Assembly (NCBI GenBank): GCA_030704615.1
Contig: CM060732.1
Span: 50,716,001-50,780,000, forward strand
Source: Takakia lepidozioides
Lineage: Eukaryota; Plantae; Bryophyta
Direction: 5' to 3'
DNA: 64,000 nt
The translations under genes were made by a program, and so were the position numbers. Below, in pieces: positions 37,350-49,600 of this stretch. Position 1 is the first letter of the stretch. Every line of letters begins with the position of its first letter. Below the pieces are notes generated by a model, which saw nothing but the letters and a program-made list of their open reading frames with translations, did no database searches and was not told the DNA's origin.

Positions 37350-38459
37350 CAGACTCCGATGAACTTAGCTACTGCGAGCGCAACGCAGCTGGGAAGTCCG
37401 AAAAATGAGTAAAAAATGTCCCAGAAGAGGAGCGCCCAGGTGAGCTGCTGATGATCTCTCCAAAGATACAGAGGGCCTGAATCGCTAACTAAAGATTACG
37501 ACTTCAGACTATTGACGTTCTCAGATGCTAGAAATCCAGATCCTTGACCAGGTGGGCATGTGAGCAACCACATCTGTCGGCAGCTGCAGCACGGCTTAGA
37601 TAACCGACCTCCATCGCCTGGCTTTACTAAAACAAGAGCAGCTCACAGCAATAGAAAAGTGCAAATCAGTTTAAAATACTGGCCTGGGGGGCGGCTGGCA
37701 GGACTTCCAAAGTATAATTTGTGAACATTGTAGATTCTATATCCATCTCACCTACTCAAACACCTGGCTCAGCCATTGTGGCTTCATGGAGCGCCATGCC
37801 TGGTGTGGCGATGGAGCTTTGAGTATGTAGGACCCACGACAAGACACGCGCTTCTCCAGCGCCACTCTTGCCACTCTTGCTCTTGCATGTGCGATTACTC
37901 TGCAACAGATATTTTTGGCTCAAAGTGGAATGGACCGAGTGAGACTCCCCAGGTTGAAAATTGCAGTTCAACTACAGAGAAAAGAGAAAGTGGGTAGGGC
38001 CCAAGGGACCTTGGCTGCCAGTCTTGCTGTGGTGAGGTTGATAGACTTGGTGCTGAGCTGACCTCTAAATTATGACTGTGCTGACTGTAGTGTGGTGTGC
38101 AGGCTCAGGAGCCTACTACTGGGCAAGAACAGTTGGTAAAGTCAAAGTGCAGCAAACTTCAAACAAAAAGGTAATTTCTTTTTCTTTAAAATGGTAATCT
38201 ATTACAAGTAACAATTATGTTGACCCACCAGTCTCCTCCAGGGCTCGGACTTGGTCATTATGATATCAGCCAAATCTAGTTATGTAGTAATAAAATTGTT
38301 TTTGCACGTTGTTGCTATGGCCCAGTGGCATTCACCTCCGGATGTGGGGTTCAGACTTGAAACCCTGTTTGGTAGGGATTCAGTCTCCTCTATGGGTTTT
38401 ATATTTTTTCCTGAATGGAGACAGGGACCTCATGTCGGCTTCCGGCCAGATCTTGGTTC

Positions 38460-39100
38460 CTAGATGCTTAAGGAGAGCAGTTTTGGACAATTTCCACAAA
38501 AACTGGGCCTACCCTCACACGGGGCCTGTATCTCCCTTCCTTCTTTCATCCAGAGGGATGAACCATTGCAAATTGTTCCCACGTACCAGATGCACAACCA
38601 CCCCAAAAATGTTGAATTTGAGATATTATAACACGAAGATGGTGCATTTTCTGCTGAATGCAAATAATGGTCTAGTACGAAACAGACTTCGCTGGAGAAT
38701 GAAGACACGGAAATAAATTGGAGACACAAACGCAGTGGCTCTAGGAAAGCAAAAGCAAAGACACAGCTTACTTATGAGGGTCCTAAGAGGAAACGAGGCA
38801 GTATGTAGGATGTTTTCTGGCATACTAGGTCCTACTCTCCTTCTTGCTGGACAGGTTCATCTATGTAGGGTGGACACTTCAGCTCTATCCTTTCTCCTCA
38901 CTTCTCCTTGTTTTCGACTATGTAAGGAATTAGTTCCTACTTAGTCTAGATTCATCTTCCTTGATTTCTGTAATGTTGGTTCTGAGTGGTACCTCTGTAA
39001 TTTGCTCTCTGTAAGGTTATTTTTTCCTTACCTCTTCTTCAATAAATTTGTCAGGGCTACAATCCCCCTGTTAAAAAATAAAAATAAAAATAAAATAAAA
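38460..39100 (+). mobile_element. Possible short LINE 3'-end fragment
   Basis: Pyrimidine-rich 3' region, AATAAA and an (AAAAT)n A-rich tail at about 39073-39100, organised like the LINE end at 48.7 kb. No diagnostic protein motif. Confidence 0.35.
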
Positions 39101-39739
39101 ATGGTCCTCAAATTTACCTTTGACCAAGCCCGTGGCCTATGTTACGCATGTTTGGTGGGTGAATGAAAGCCATATTCCATTGCTTCGATACATCCCAAAG
39201 CACCTCTCAAAATTTCAGGTGAAATTTACAAGAATAAGGGGGGGTTGCTTTGTATGTGGATGGGGAGGGGCTCCAAATGGGTAATTTTCAAATCAGATGG
39301 GCGCTACAGCAGGTCACTGCCATCCTTGGGGAGAGAACTCTTGGACTGACCTGGTTGAGGGATGGAGAATCTCATAAGCTGCTGGGCCATCAAGTGGGTC
39401 ATAATCTGTCCCCACATAATAGGATGAAGGAGGTCATTTCCAAGCTTAAAAAGAAACTTGCATTTTGGAGCTCCGCAATGTTGCCAATTGTTGGTAGAGC
39501 TTTGGTGCTGAACCAGGTGTTGTTAGGTACTAAATGGTTCTACTCAGCGGTTTGAAACCCTGGTCCAGCTGTCACAAAGGAAATAAAAGCCCTTGCCCGC
39601 AATTTTCTTTGGGGTGCCACTGCCGCATCGTCTGTCAGACGTGCCCAGGTCTCTTGGGACCAACTATGCCAGAAAAAAAGCAAAGGAGGATTAGGGATAA
39701 TTGACCGAGGGAAACAAACGCAGGATTGTTGGCCAAATG

Positions 39740-40453
39740 TGTCGCGGCCCTTTGCCTTGAGGGCAGGGGGTCGGGACACGAGAGGGGCTGCCCCTGTGGT
39801 GGGGGCAGTGGCAACAATAGATGCGGGGGCTGAAGCACCCTTGAGTGCCCAAGGCACTCAAGGAGGCGGAGGCGCTCACTAGGTGGAGGCCCACACACCG
39901 GGTTGCAGTGGGGGTGGCTCCACAAGGGGGTGGTGGTAGCTTAGTGGGACATAGTGGGGGTGGCATAGGACTCACCATGGGGCGGAGACCTTGTGGTGGA
40001 AGTCGTGGGGAGTCTTGGGACTCATCACGGCCCAATGGGGCCGTGGTGGGTGGGCCAAGACTCACCGCGACTCATCACCGGAAATCGAGGGTCTTCGTGG
40101 TGGTTCGCCATAAAATGGCATGGTTGTTTGTGAAACCCCCGCGGACAGTCACAGAAGTATATATAGGGAGTAGTAACCCCGAGAACGGTGCAAGCCCGTT
40201 GGTGACCAAAAACTAGTGAGTAAACGAGCGAGCCGGAAAGCAACCAAGGAGTGGGGAGCTATTCCGGACTGCCATCTACCAAAGGGAATTTCTACTAGGC
40301 CCAAATTGTTGGGGGAGTAAAGGGGGACCGTTATGTCCCGGTGAGCAGCCGAAGCTCCGAGTTAGCCCGACGGCTAGTTTGGGAGTTAGGCGTGAGTATC
40401 AAAGCGAGTAACTATGACTTGAAAAAGAGCCTGCCGAAGTAAGGTGCATGCCA
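39740..40453 (+). repeat. 5' LTR of gypsy copy 2
   Basis: TG...CA ends, followed by PBS TGGTATCAAAGC at 40456-40467. Confidence 0.93.
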
Positions 40454-40508
40454 CTTGGTATCAAAGCTTAGAGTTCAGTACGCGATCGTCCTTGGGATCG
40501 GCCTCATC

Positions 40509-43500
40509 ATGGCGTCGGGCAAGCCAAAGCGAAAGCGGAACGGCCCGAAAGATGATGATCCTGGTGAGCCCGATGGGGGCGACGTGTCACCGAAGCGGCC
40601 ATTTGAGGAAGCAATGCATGCTTTTGAAAGCGAGGCCGCTCAAGAACGGGAGAAATCTGAGGAGTCGGAGCCCGAGGAATTCCTGAGAGCTCTGACAGAC
40701 CAACAGATGTCTCCCATGCCAGCAGCCTTTTGGGAAGGGTTGTTGGCACAGTTTGGCGGGACGTTGAAAGACGTGTTGAGGGCGGCTAATGCCACTTCCA
40801 CTAAGGCAAAGTTTAAGGTGAAGCCTAAGGAACCCAGCATCTTCGAGGGCGTCCGAAATCGGAAGGCACTCAATACCTAGCTTTTGGAGCTAGAGCAGTA
40901 CTTCCGGGCGGCCAAGTTGAGCGATGAGAATCGGGTGGAAGTGGCTCCCACCTATTCGAGGGGCTATGCTCAACAATGGTGGCAGAAACGCCTTCACGAC
41001 CGAGGTCCAAACCCGGAAACCTTGAACTGGAGTGGGTTCAAGGAACTAATGAAGAGACAGTTTGTGCCCCTCAACACGTCCTGGCTTGCCCGGGACAAGA
41101 TGAGGAATTTGAAGCAAACGGATGACATTTGGGGATATGTTCAGGCTTTCAATGTGCTGTTGCTTGAAGTCGCAGACATGGCAGAACCAGAAATGGTCTT
41201 CAACTTTGTGGCGGGACTGGCCCCATGGGCCAGACGGAATTTGGAAGAGAAACCATCTAAGACTTTGAACGAGGCAATTGAGAGGGCTGAATGTTTCTCG
41301 GATGTCCCTAGGGGCGAAAGACAAGGCCGTACGGAGCTGAACCACAAGAAGACCCGGCGGGAGGGTGACTCTTTTCGACCGGAAAAGAAGTGGGATAGGC
41401 CACGCGGCGGCAATGGCACGTGGAAATCGAAGGGAGGGCCTTCACACGCCAAGACGACACCCGGTGCTCCGAAAGGAAAATCAGGTGCGACGGCTTATGG
41501 CGGACAAAATGCGACCTTCGATGGAGTGTGTTTTAATTGCGGGGAGCCCGGGCATATGGCTAAGAAGTGCGTAAAACCCCGACAATGGAACATGACTCGG
41601 GCGACCACAGAGCTGTCGGAAGATTCCATCAGCCGCTTGGTGGAAGCGGTGGTTGCCAAGACTTGCAAGGTAGGCAACTACTCTTGTGAGTTGTATCAGG
41701 AAACTGGCGCCCTGCGTAAAGGGAGTCAGTTATTGTTCGTGAGTGGGATAATTTCCGGAACTAACGTGTCGTTGTTGGTGGACATAGGAGCGTCGTACTC
41801 CTTCATGACACCGGCAATGGCACGGAAGCTGGGACTCCTGACAAGTGATGTGGGGGCCTCTATTGAGGTGCGTTCTGCTAAAAGAGAACCATAATTGGCG
41901 ACGAGGTTGGCGTTCGATGTTCCTCTTCAGCTCGGGAGTTGGGAGGGACGTGAGAACTTCACCATTTGCGAGATCGATGGAGTGGATCTCATTTTGGGGA
42001 TGACCTTTTTGAGCAGATCCGGAGCGGTCATAGATGGCCGCAAGAGAGTAGTCACGCTACCGTGTGGGAATGGTGGCGAAGTTTTACGGGTGTCGGAAAC
42101 GCCCAACCCTGTGGGAGGGCAAATAAACCTGCTATCAGCAAGGGAGTAGGCCGTGGAGGAGTCACACGAGCCCCAGTTTTTGCTTTACGTAAGACAAGTG
42201 AAAGGAGAAGGCGATGGGGAGCCGAGCCCAGATTGGATCAAGGGGATTTTGGAGAAATACCGGGATGTGATGCCGGAGGATTTACTAAGCGGCTTGCCAC
42301 CGCGAAGAGGAGTTGACCACAAAATTGAGGTGATACCGGGATCGGAGCCGCCTGCCAAGGCGTCCTACCGGTTGAGCCACAAAGAGTTGGTCGAGCTGAA
42401 GATTCAGTTCAAGGATCTAATGTCAAAGGGGTACCTCCGGCCGAGTAAGTCACATTACGGAGCCCCGGTGCTATTCGCAGACAAGAAAGATGAGACGCTG
42501 CGGATGTGTGTCGATTATAGGGCTCTGAATAAAGTGACTATAAAAAACCGGTACCCTTTGTCGAGGATCGACGACCTTTACGATCGGTTGGCAGGAGCGA
42601 AGTATTTCAGCCGGATCGATTTGCGCTCCGGCTATCATCAAATTCGAGTGGCGGAAGGAGATGAAGAGAAGACCGCGTGCATGACAAGGTATGGTTTATA
42701 TGAGTTCTTGGTGATGCCTTTTGGGCTCACCAACGCACCCGCGACCTTTAGCACGCTAATGGACAGCCTTTTCCAGGAGTGCTTGGATGACTTTGTGATC
42801 GTATACATCGACGACATACTGGTGTACTCGAAAACAAAGGAAGAGCACATGGAGCACCTCAAAAGGGCGTTCCAGAAATTGCGGGAAGGGAAGTTGTATG
42901 CCAAAGCTTCAAAGTGCGAATTCGGGGTCACAAAAGTGGAGTTCTTGGGGCATGTGATTACACAGGATGGGATCAAAATGGATGACAGAAAAGTGAGAGC
43001 GATCTTGGACTGGGAGCCTCCGACTTCGTTCCCGGGAGTGCGATTCTTCCTAGGACTCGCCTCCTATTACCGGAAGTATGTGAGAAATTTTGCCAAGATC
43101 GCGGGGCCGCTGTCAGACCTTCTGTGTAAATCCAAAGTCTAGGTATGAAACACCTTTTGTGACCAAGCTTTTGCCGAGTTGAAGCAGCGGATGGCGGAAG
43201 CTCCAGTCCTCAAAATCCCAGAGTTCGACTGTCCATTTGAGATTCATACGGATGCGTCGGACTTCGCAATTGGGGGTGTACTCATGCAGGATGGACGTCC
43301 AGTGGCTTATGAAAATAAAAAACTGAATGAAGTGGAGCGACGGTGGCCTCCGCACGAGAAAGAAATGAAGGCGGTGGTGCATTGCCTTGAGCTTTGGCGC
43401 CACTATGTTGGTTCCAACCCGGTAAAGGTGTTCATAGACAATGTCACGGTGAAGTATTTTGCCACGCAGCCTAAGTTGTCCCCAAAACAACTTAGGTGGC

Positions 43501-45047
43501 AAGACACTTTGGTGGTATTCGACGTGGATATCCAGTACAAACCGGGACGGGACAATGTGGTGGCCGATGCTTTAAGTAGAAAGCAGCAGCTCATGTTGGT
43601 AAGCGAGACGGCGCTCCAAAGGAAGATCCGGAAGGCTTACCGGAAGGATGAGATGGCGAAGTCCATGATGCGGGACTTGAGGATGGGGGTTAAATCACAG
43701 TTCCACTTGCACAATGGACTGCTCCGGTACAAGCAAAAGCGCCTCTACGTGCCGAAGGTAGGGATCAGAGATAGTCTCCTGAGAGAATGTCATGATGGCC
43801 CGCTTGCGGGCCACGGCGGAACCAAGCGCACCTCGGCACTCTTGAAGAAAGAGTATTTCTGGCCCAAGCTAAGGGAGGAGGCCGAGGAGTATGTCAAGAC
43901 ATGCACCACATGCCAACAAAACCGTAGTGAGTACAAAAAGCAAGTGGGGCTGTTACAACCCTTGCCGATTCCAGAGGGGTCTTGGGAAAGTGTCTCGATG
44001 GATTTCATGACTGCTATGCCGCTATCAAAAGGATTCGATGCAATCATGGTGGTGGTGGATAGATTCAGTAAAATGGGTCATTTCATCCTCACCAAGGAGA
44101 CGGCAACGGCGCAAGAGACGGGGCGACTTTACTTCGCCCACGTCTTCAAGCATCATGGACTCCCGAAGGATATTGTCTTGGACTGCAATCCAAAGTTTAC
44201 AAGTAAGTTTTGGAGGGCACTTTGGAAGAAAATGGGGACGAGGCTCAAGATGAGCACCGCCTTCCGACCTACGACGGACGGCCAAACAGAAAGGGTGAAT
44301 TCCGTGGTGAAGCAGATCTTGCGGAATTACGTGTCGGCAGACCAATCGGACTGGGTAGAGCACTTGGATGCGGCAGAGTTCTGTTATAATAACACAAAAC
44401 ACTCCGCAACGGGAGTTTCCCCTTTCGTATTGGTCTATGGAAAAAGTTGGGCCGCCCAAGACGTTGAGGAACCGGGAGCAGCAGCGGTGCTGAAAAAACG
44501 CGAGCGTTTGTTGAAGCTCGCAAAGTACAACATTGCCAAAGCTAGGAAACGGTATGAACGGCAGGCAAATCGGAAGCGGAGAGAAGTTAAGTTTGAGGCA
44601 GGCACGGAGATCTGGTTGAACATCAAGAATTTCCGACTACCTCCGGAAGTGAGTCCGAAGTTCGTACCTCCGTATGCGGGTCCCTTTCGCATCCGGAAAG
44701 TTATGAATGAGGATGTATATGAATTGGAGCTGCCGGCAAACAGCAAGGTGCATCCGGTATTCCACGTCTCCATTTTGAAGCCTTACTTCAAATATGAAGC
44801 GCGTCCGAATCGGCATCAAGTGTTGCGTCCGCCACCTTTGCTGTTGGATGATGATAATGAACCTGAGTACGAGGTGGAGGTAGTGCTTAAGTCGAGGAGG
44901 TTCAAGAATCGAGAAACGGAGTATCTCGTGAAATGGAAGGGCTATCATCATGTGGAGGCATCTTGGGTGCGTGCCTCAGAAATGGGGAACGCATCCGAGG
45001 CGGTTGCAACTTTCGAAGGACGACCTCAAAAGCGGAAGAAATGTTGA
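40509..45047 (+). pseudogene. gag-pol with chromodomain; one reading frame broken by nonsense codons
   Basis: The five ORF-track segments (starting 40455, 40884, 41895, 42153, 43179) share one frame. [12 protein letters not shown], RNase H TDASDFAIG, integrase HHCC and core, GPF motif, chromodomain YEVEVVL...YLVKWKGY...ASW. Confidence 0.94.
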
Positions 45048-45954
45048 TGGGGACATCAACCTTGGATCGTGGGGGGAGGAAATGCATGCTTAGCCCGGCT
45101 TAGCTAGCTCAGGAATCCGATTGCAAAAACTTGTATTGTACAAATTTTGTTATAAATGAATTGGTTTCCAAATGTTGTGAGTCCTATTTTGTTTGGAATG
45201 GTGATGCATGGTATGGTTGGCTAGTGTGTAGAATGCATGCTAGCTTACAAAAGTGGGAGAGGTAAATTGGATTAATCGTGTGTTTGCGTAGTGCCGAAAT
45301 TGGGTGATTCTCATCTAAGGGGCAAGGAAACTTGCGCCTTCCTTGGGAGTTCACGTGCTAGTGCACACCTGGCGCGTGCGCGTATTATAACTGCGCTACC
45401 GAGGGGGTTGCTTTGTAGTGCGGGCTAACGTGGAAGCTACGTGCTTCTGTTCACGTACTATAATCGTGTAGCCTCGGGACAAAGTCGTAGTGCGGCTTCG
45501 ACGTGTTCCCGTACCTTAGGCCAACATTCTAAGGCGGACCAAATTGTAGTGATTGGGGAGCATGGTTAGTTCAAGGTTATCTTCCTAGTCAAAAAAAGGT
45601 TCAAGGTGAACCCTTGCTCAAGGTAATGCCAAAAGCGGCATCATGAGCGGTCGCAAGCAATGTTGTTGCAGTAAGGGCGATTCGATCCTCGTGGAGGATC
45701 GTTCCTTGACCTTAGAGTAGACCAAGAAGAGTGCACTGGGAGGAGCTTGAGAGGCTCCACCCTTGGCCGGGACTTGGAGGAAGTCGGCCGAACTAGCTAG
45801 TAGAGAGTAGAGTCAAGTGGGGGTTTGGTTCTTTGCCATGGGACGCCATGGTACGGAAACAAACTCCTTGATGTGGGACGCCACAACTTGGATGTTCGTT
45901 TCTACAAAATGGACAAGTCGATGAGGACATCGATTCCCTGTTGGTAGGGGTGTG

Positions 45955-46680
45955 TGTCGCGGCCCTTTGCCTTGAGGGCAGGGGGTCGGGACACGAGAGG
46001 GGCTGCCCCTGTGGTGGGGGCAGTGGCAACTATAGATGCGGGGGCTAAAGCACCCTTGAGTGCCCAAGGCACTCAAGGAGGCGGAGGCGCTCACTAGGTG
46101 GAGCCCCGCACACCGGGTTGCGGTGGGGTTGGCTCCACAAGGGGGTGGTGGTAGCTTAGTGGGACGTAGTGGGGGTGGCATAGGACTCACCATGGGGCGG
46201 AGACCTTGTGGTGGGAGTCGTGGGGAGTCTTGGGACTCATCACGGCCCAATGGGGCCGTGGTGGGTGGGCCAAGACTCACCGCGACTCATCACCGGGAAT
46301 CGAGGGTCTTCGTGGTGGTTCGCCATAAAATGGCATGGTTGTTTGTGAAACCCCCGCGGACAGTCACAGAAGTATATATAGGGAGTAGTAACCCCGAGAA
46401 CGGTGCAAGCCCGTTGGTGACCAAAAACTAGTGAGTAAGCGAGCGAGCCGGAAAGCGACCAAGGAGTGGGGAGCTATTCCGGACTGCCATCTACCAAAGG
46501 GAATTTCCACTAGGCCCAAATTGGTGGAGGGTCTGTTGGGGGAGTAAAGGGGGACCGTTATGTCCCGGTGAGCAGCCGAAGCTCCGAGTTGGCCCGGCGG
46601 CCAGTTTGGGAGTTAGGCACGCGTATCAAAGCGAGTAACTATGACTTGAAGGGGAGCTTGCTGAAGTAAGGTGCGCGACA
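45955..46680 (+). repeat. 3' LTR of gypsy copy 2
   Basis: TGTCGCG...CGCGACA; differs from the 5' LTR by scattered substitutions and one ~12-bp indel; preceded by purine-rich GGTAGGGGTGTG. Confidence 0.93.
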
Positions 46681-49600
46681 AAATAGGTCACCAGAGCAAT
46701 CAAGCACACAAGCAGCCCCTGGAGCAAACTGGTGCAACCCTATCTGATGGGCTCAATACCCAGGGACGGAACACTAGAGCAAGTCTGGGCTCTTGTGCAT
46801 GGAAAACCATTTGGAAGGCATGGCAGGCAATGAAAGGGTGGCTCACTCTGAGAATGCCAGCAACTACCCATGAATGTCTAAGACAGCTGTTCCCAAAGTG
46901 CAATATGGAGTCTGCTGTGCTCATTGACCAAGCCCCACGGTGGGCTTTCTGGGAAAATCATGGGTTTACCCACATAGCCAATACCAGAGCAAACAATCAG
47001 TTATTGTCTGAAGTTGAGGTAACCATGATTGTGGGATCAAGAAGAGCTAAGGCTTGGGGCTATATTGTATCAAACATACCAGGTTACATGCTTCCTCTGT
47101 TGGATATGTCAAACCCCAGTGTCAGTATCCCAGCATGGATGGCTTCCTTCAATGAAAACCCCCTGCTCGTGATTTCTGGTGCTGGCTTTCAGAGATGGAT
47201 TGGCCTTTGGTCTAAAATTCCAAGCTAACTGCATTGAAGGCAACCTTCTATATCGGGGCTCTACGGAGACTGATAAAAAACACCTGGTTCCTATAAGGGT
47301 TTTGGATGCCAAAGGTGTTTGCAACCGGACACCCCCCAGGGGCAAGAGGTTGAATGGGCAATACACAATGCTTTTGTATGGTTCCTTAAATGCCCATTGG
47401 CGGATCTGCAATTTGACCCGGGGGAGTGGAAGTGGATGGATAAAAAACACTCCCCCTTCTTCGCTTACACGGTCAAATTGGGGTACGACCTCCTCAACCC
47501 TACGAGATCCTTTCTTGCCAGGTGGTGCACTAAGTGGCCGAATCACCAGCTATCTCAATCTGATTGGAACAGGATCTGGAAAGATATTTGGAGGAAAGAC
47601 CGTCCTACGAAAGTATCCGGTTTTCTGTGGAGACTGACGCACAGGATTCTGCCTGTCAGATTTAAAACCCGTGAAGACCAACCCCTTTGCTATATCTGCA
47701 ATTCGGAGCCAGAGACGATTGAGCACTCCCTCCTCTTTTCCAATATGTCTAGGGGTGTCTAGCGGATTGTTCTCTCCTTCTACTCCATTTGGACTCCCCT
47801 CCCTCCCCCCCCTCCTCCTCTACTGCTGCTTCTCAATTACATGGCTACAGGATCTCAGTTCTCCTGCCCCGTGTGGGCCACCCTCATAGCACTAACACTA
47901 TGGAATTTGTGGAAAATGCATTGTGCTTGGGTGTATGAGGGGAAACCCCCTAGTGGCAGATCTGTACTATTTTGTACATATCAAGACCTGCTAACTGAGG
48001 AAATGAAGGCTTTTGAAATTGTGTGTGCAGCTCTTCCTAGAACTTCAGAACAGCGGGGGAGGCAGCTGCTTCAAGCTTTCAAACACATCTGGGGCAAAAA
48101 CAACATGCTCGGAACCAGTGTTACCAACACAAAATTTACCTAGAATGTCGGCATCCCCCCACAATCGGAAGTCCCCTGGTGAGGGGGATTATACGGAGTT
48201 CAACTGGCGCCACAAGAAACCTAGAGACAACAAATCAAGGACTCAGCTCAAATTCTGATACCTCTCCTCTATTTGAAGATCTCTATGGGACACTGTGGTT
48301 CATCGTCACATCATTCCAGCAGCAATCACCAAGCACCTTGAAGGCCTGACGTCTTTAAGGCCTAACTACACTCCTAGGGCCTGCATCTGCTTCAGCTCCA
48401 GCCTCTGCTCCAGCTCGCCTCTCTGTCTGCGCACTTTCTCATAGACTTATCTCTCTTGTTCTTTAGTGTTAGCAGTAGTTTTCACTCGACCTTCTGGCCT
48501 TGCTGCTGTTTTCTTAGGTAGTCCAGAGACATCTTGGACTCCTTTTGCCCTTCTGTACTTCACTCTCTCCCACTGTTCCTCAACTTGCCTCCCCCTGCTC
48601 CCTTACTTGCTCAGTAGCTTGTTCGCTAAGGTTTCGAGGTAGTTCCCCCTCTATTACCCTTCACGGCCTCCCTAATGGTTATTTTTTCCACTTCTGTTAA
48701 CTCTTCCTTATTAATTTGATCAAAAGGCCTCTGTTCCCTTTCCTCTAAAAAAAAAAAACAAACAAATTCAGATGGTGGAGGCCCCAAAATTGTTGGCCAA
48801 ATTGGAATGCCAACGGTCATTGTGAGCATGCCTACATGGAGAGTACACTGGCCAAAAATCAAACAAGCCTAAAACGGCGATGGGCTCTCTTGCTTTGGCA
48901 AAACATAAGCGGAAGGTGAGAGTAAGGGGCATGACTCGGCACAACACACCAATCGGAGCGTTGACACAGTGTAAGGTCCTTTGACCACATTTTCTCCATT
49001 GACTTCAACATGATGCAATGTCTCTCTCTACAAGAGAGCCAACAAATTGGAGTAAAAATGGTGCTAAGATGGAGGATTTCCTGCTTTTCCCGGCCAACTT
49101 CAACTCATGCATATGGTTGCCGGATTTGCCACTGAATCCGGCAACGCATTCCGGGCCACGTCATTCACTCCCTCGTGTTTGCAGGGCCACGTCACTCAAA
49201 CCGCCATCATGAAAGGGTGAACAGGCACCCATGCCTCATCACCCCCACATGGCCCCTGCTACAAAACCCCGCCAGATTTTCCATAGGCTCCTGCCACGTC
49301 GCCAGTCAACCTACGTCCCAATCCACCCAAAAGTGCAGACCCCCATGGCAATAAGCGCTGACGGCACAAAAATAACTTTTTCCTAGCGCAATCAACTCGT
49401 GCGTTAGAGGACATTGCGGCCTACCTTTTTCATTCAAAGTGGCCTTTCATCCGAGTTCATCCGGCGAAGCTACGCCTGGATGAAAGCGTGATGCAGCGAC
49501 AAAGCGACCCGATTCGGGTTGCTTCGTTGTTTAGGGGTTAAGATACTAATTTAGTAGGGACCAATGTTGGTGTGTGCAAAGGCCTCATGACCAAGACCAA

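Larger units (their letters stand above)
39740..46680 (+). mobile_element. Full-length Ty3/gypsy chromovirus (Tcn1-like), copy 2
   Basis: Two LTRs, PBS, gag-PR-RT-RH-IN-chromodomain order; 5-bp flanks AAATG and AAATA (TSD with one mismatch). Confidence 0.95.
39301..48762 (+). mobile_element. 5'-truncated L1-like LINE split by the gypsy insertion
   Basis: Post-RT motifs LKKKLAFW..LPIVGRALVLNQVL, RNFLWG and VSWDQLC.KKSKGGLGI before 39740; zf-RVT region (IWR..PTKVSGFLWRL.HRILP..CYICN.EPETIEH) after 46680; poly-A at 48747-48758; TSD-like CAAATCAGATGG (39289-39300) and CAAATTCAGATGG (48763-48775). Confidence 0.85.
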
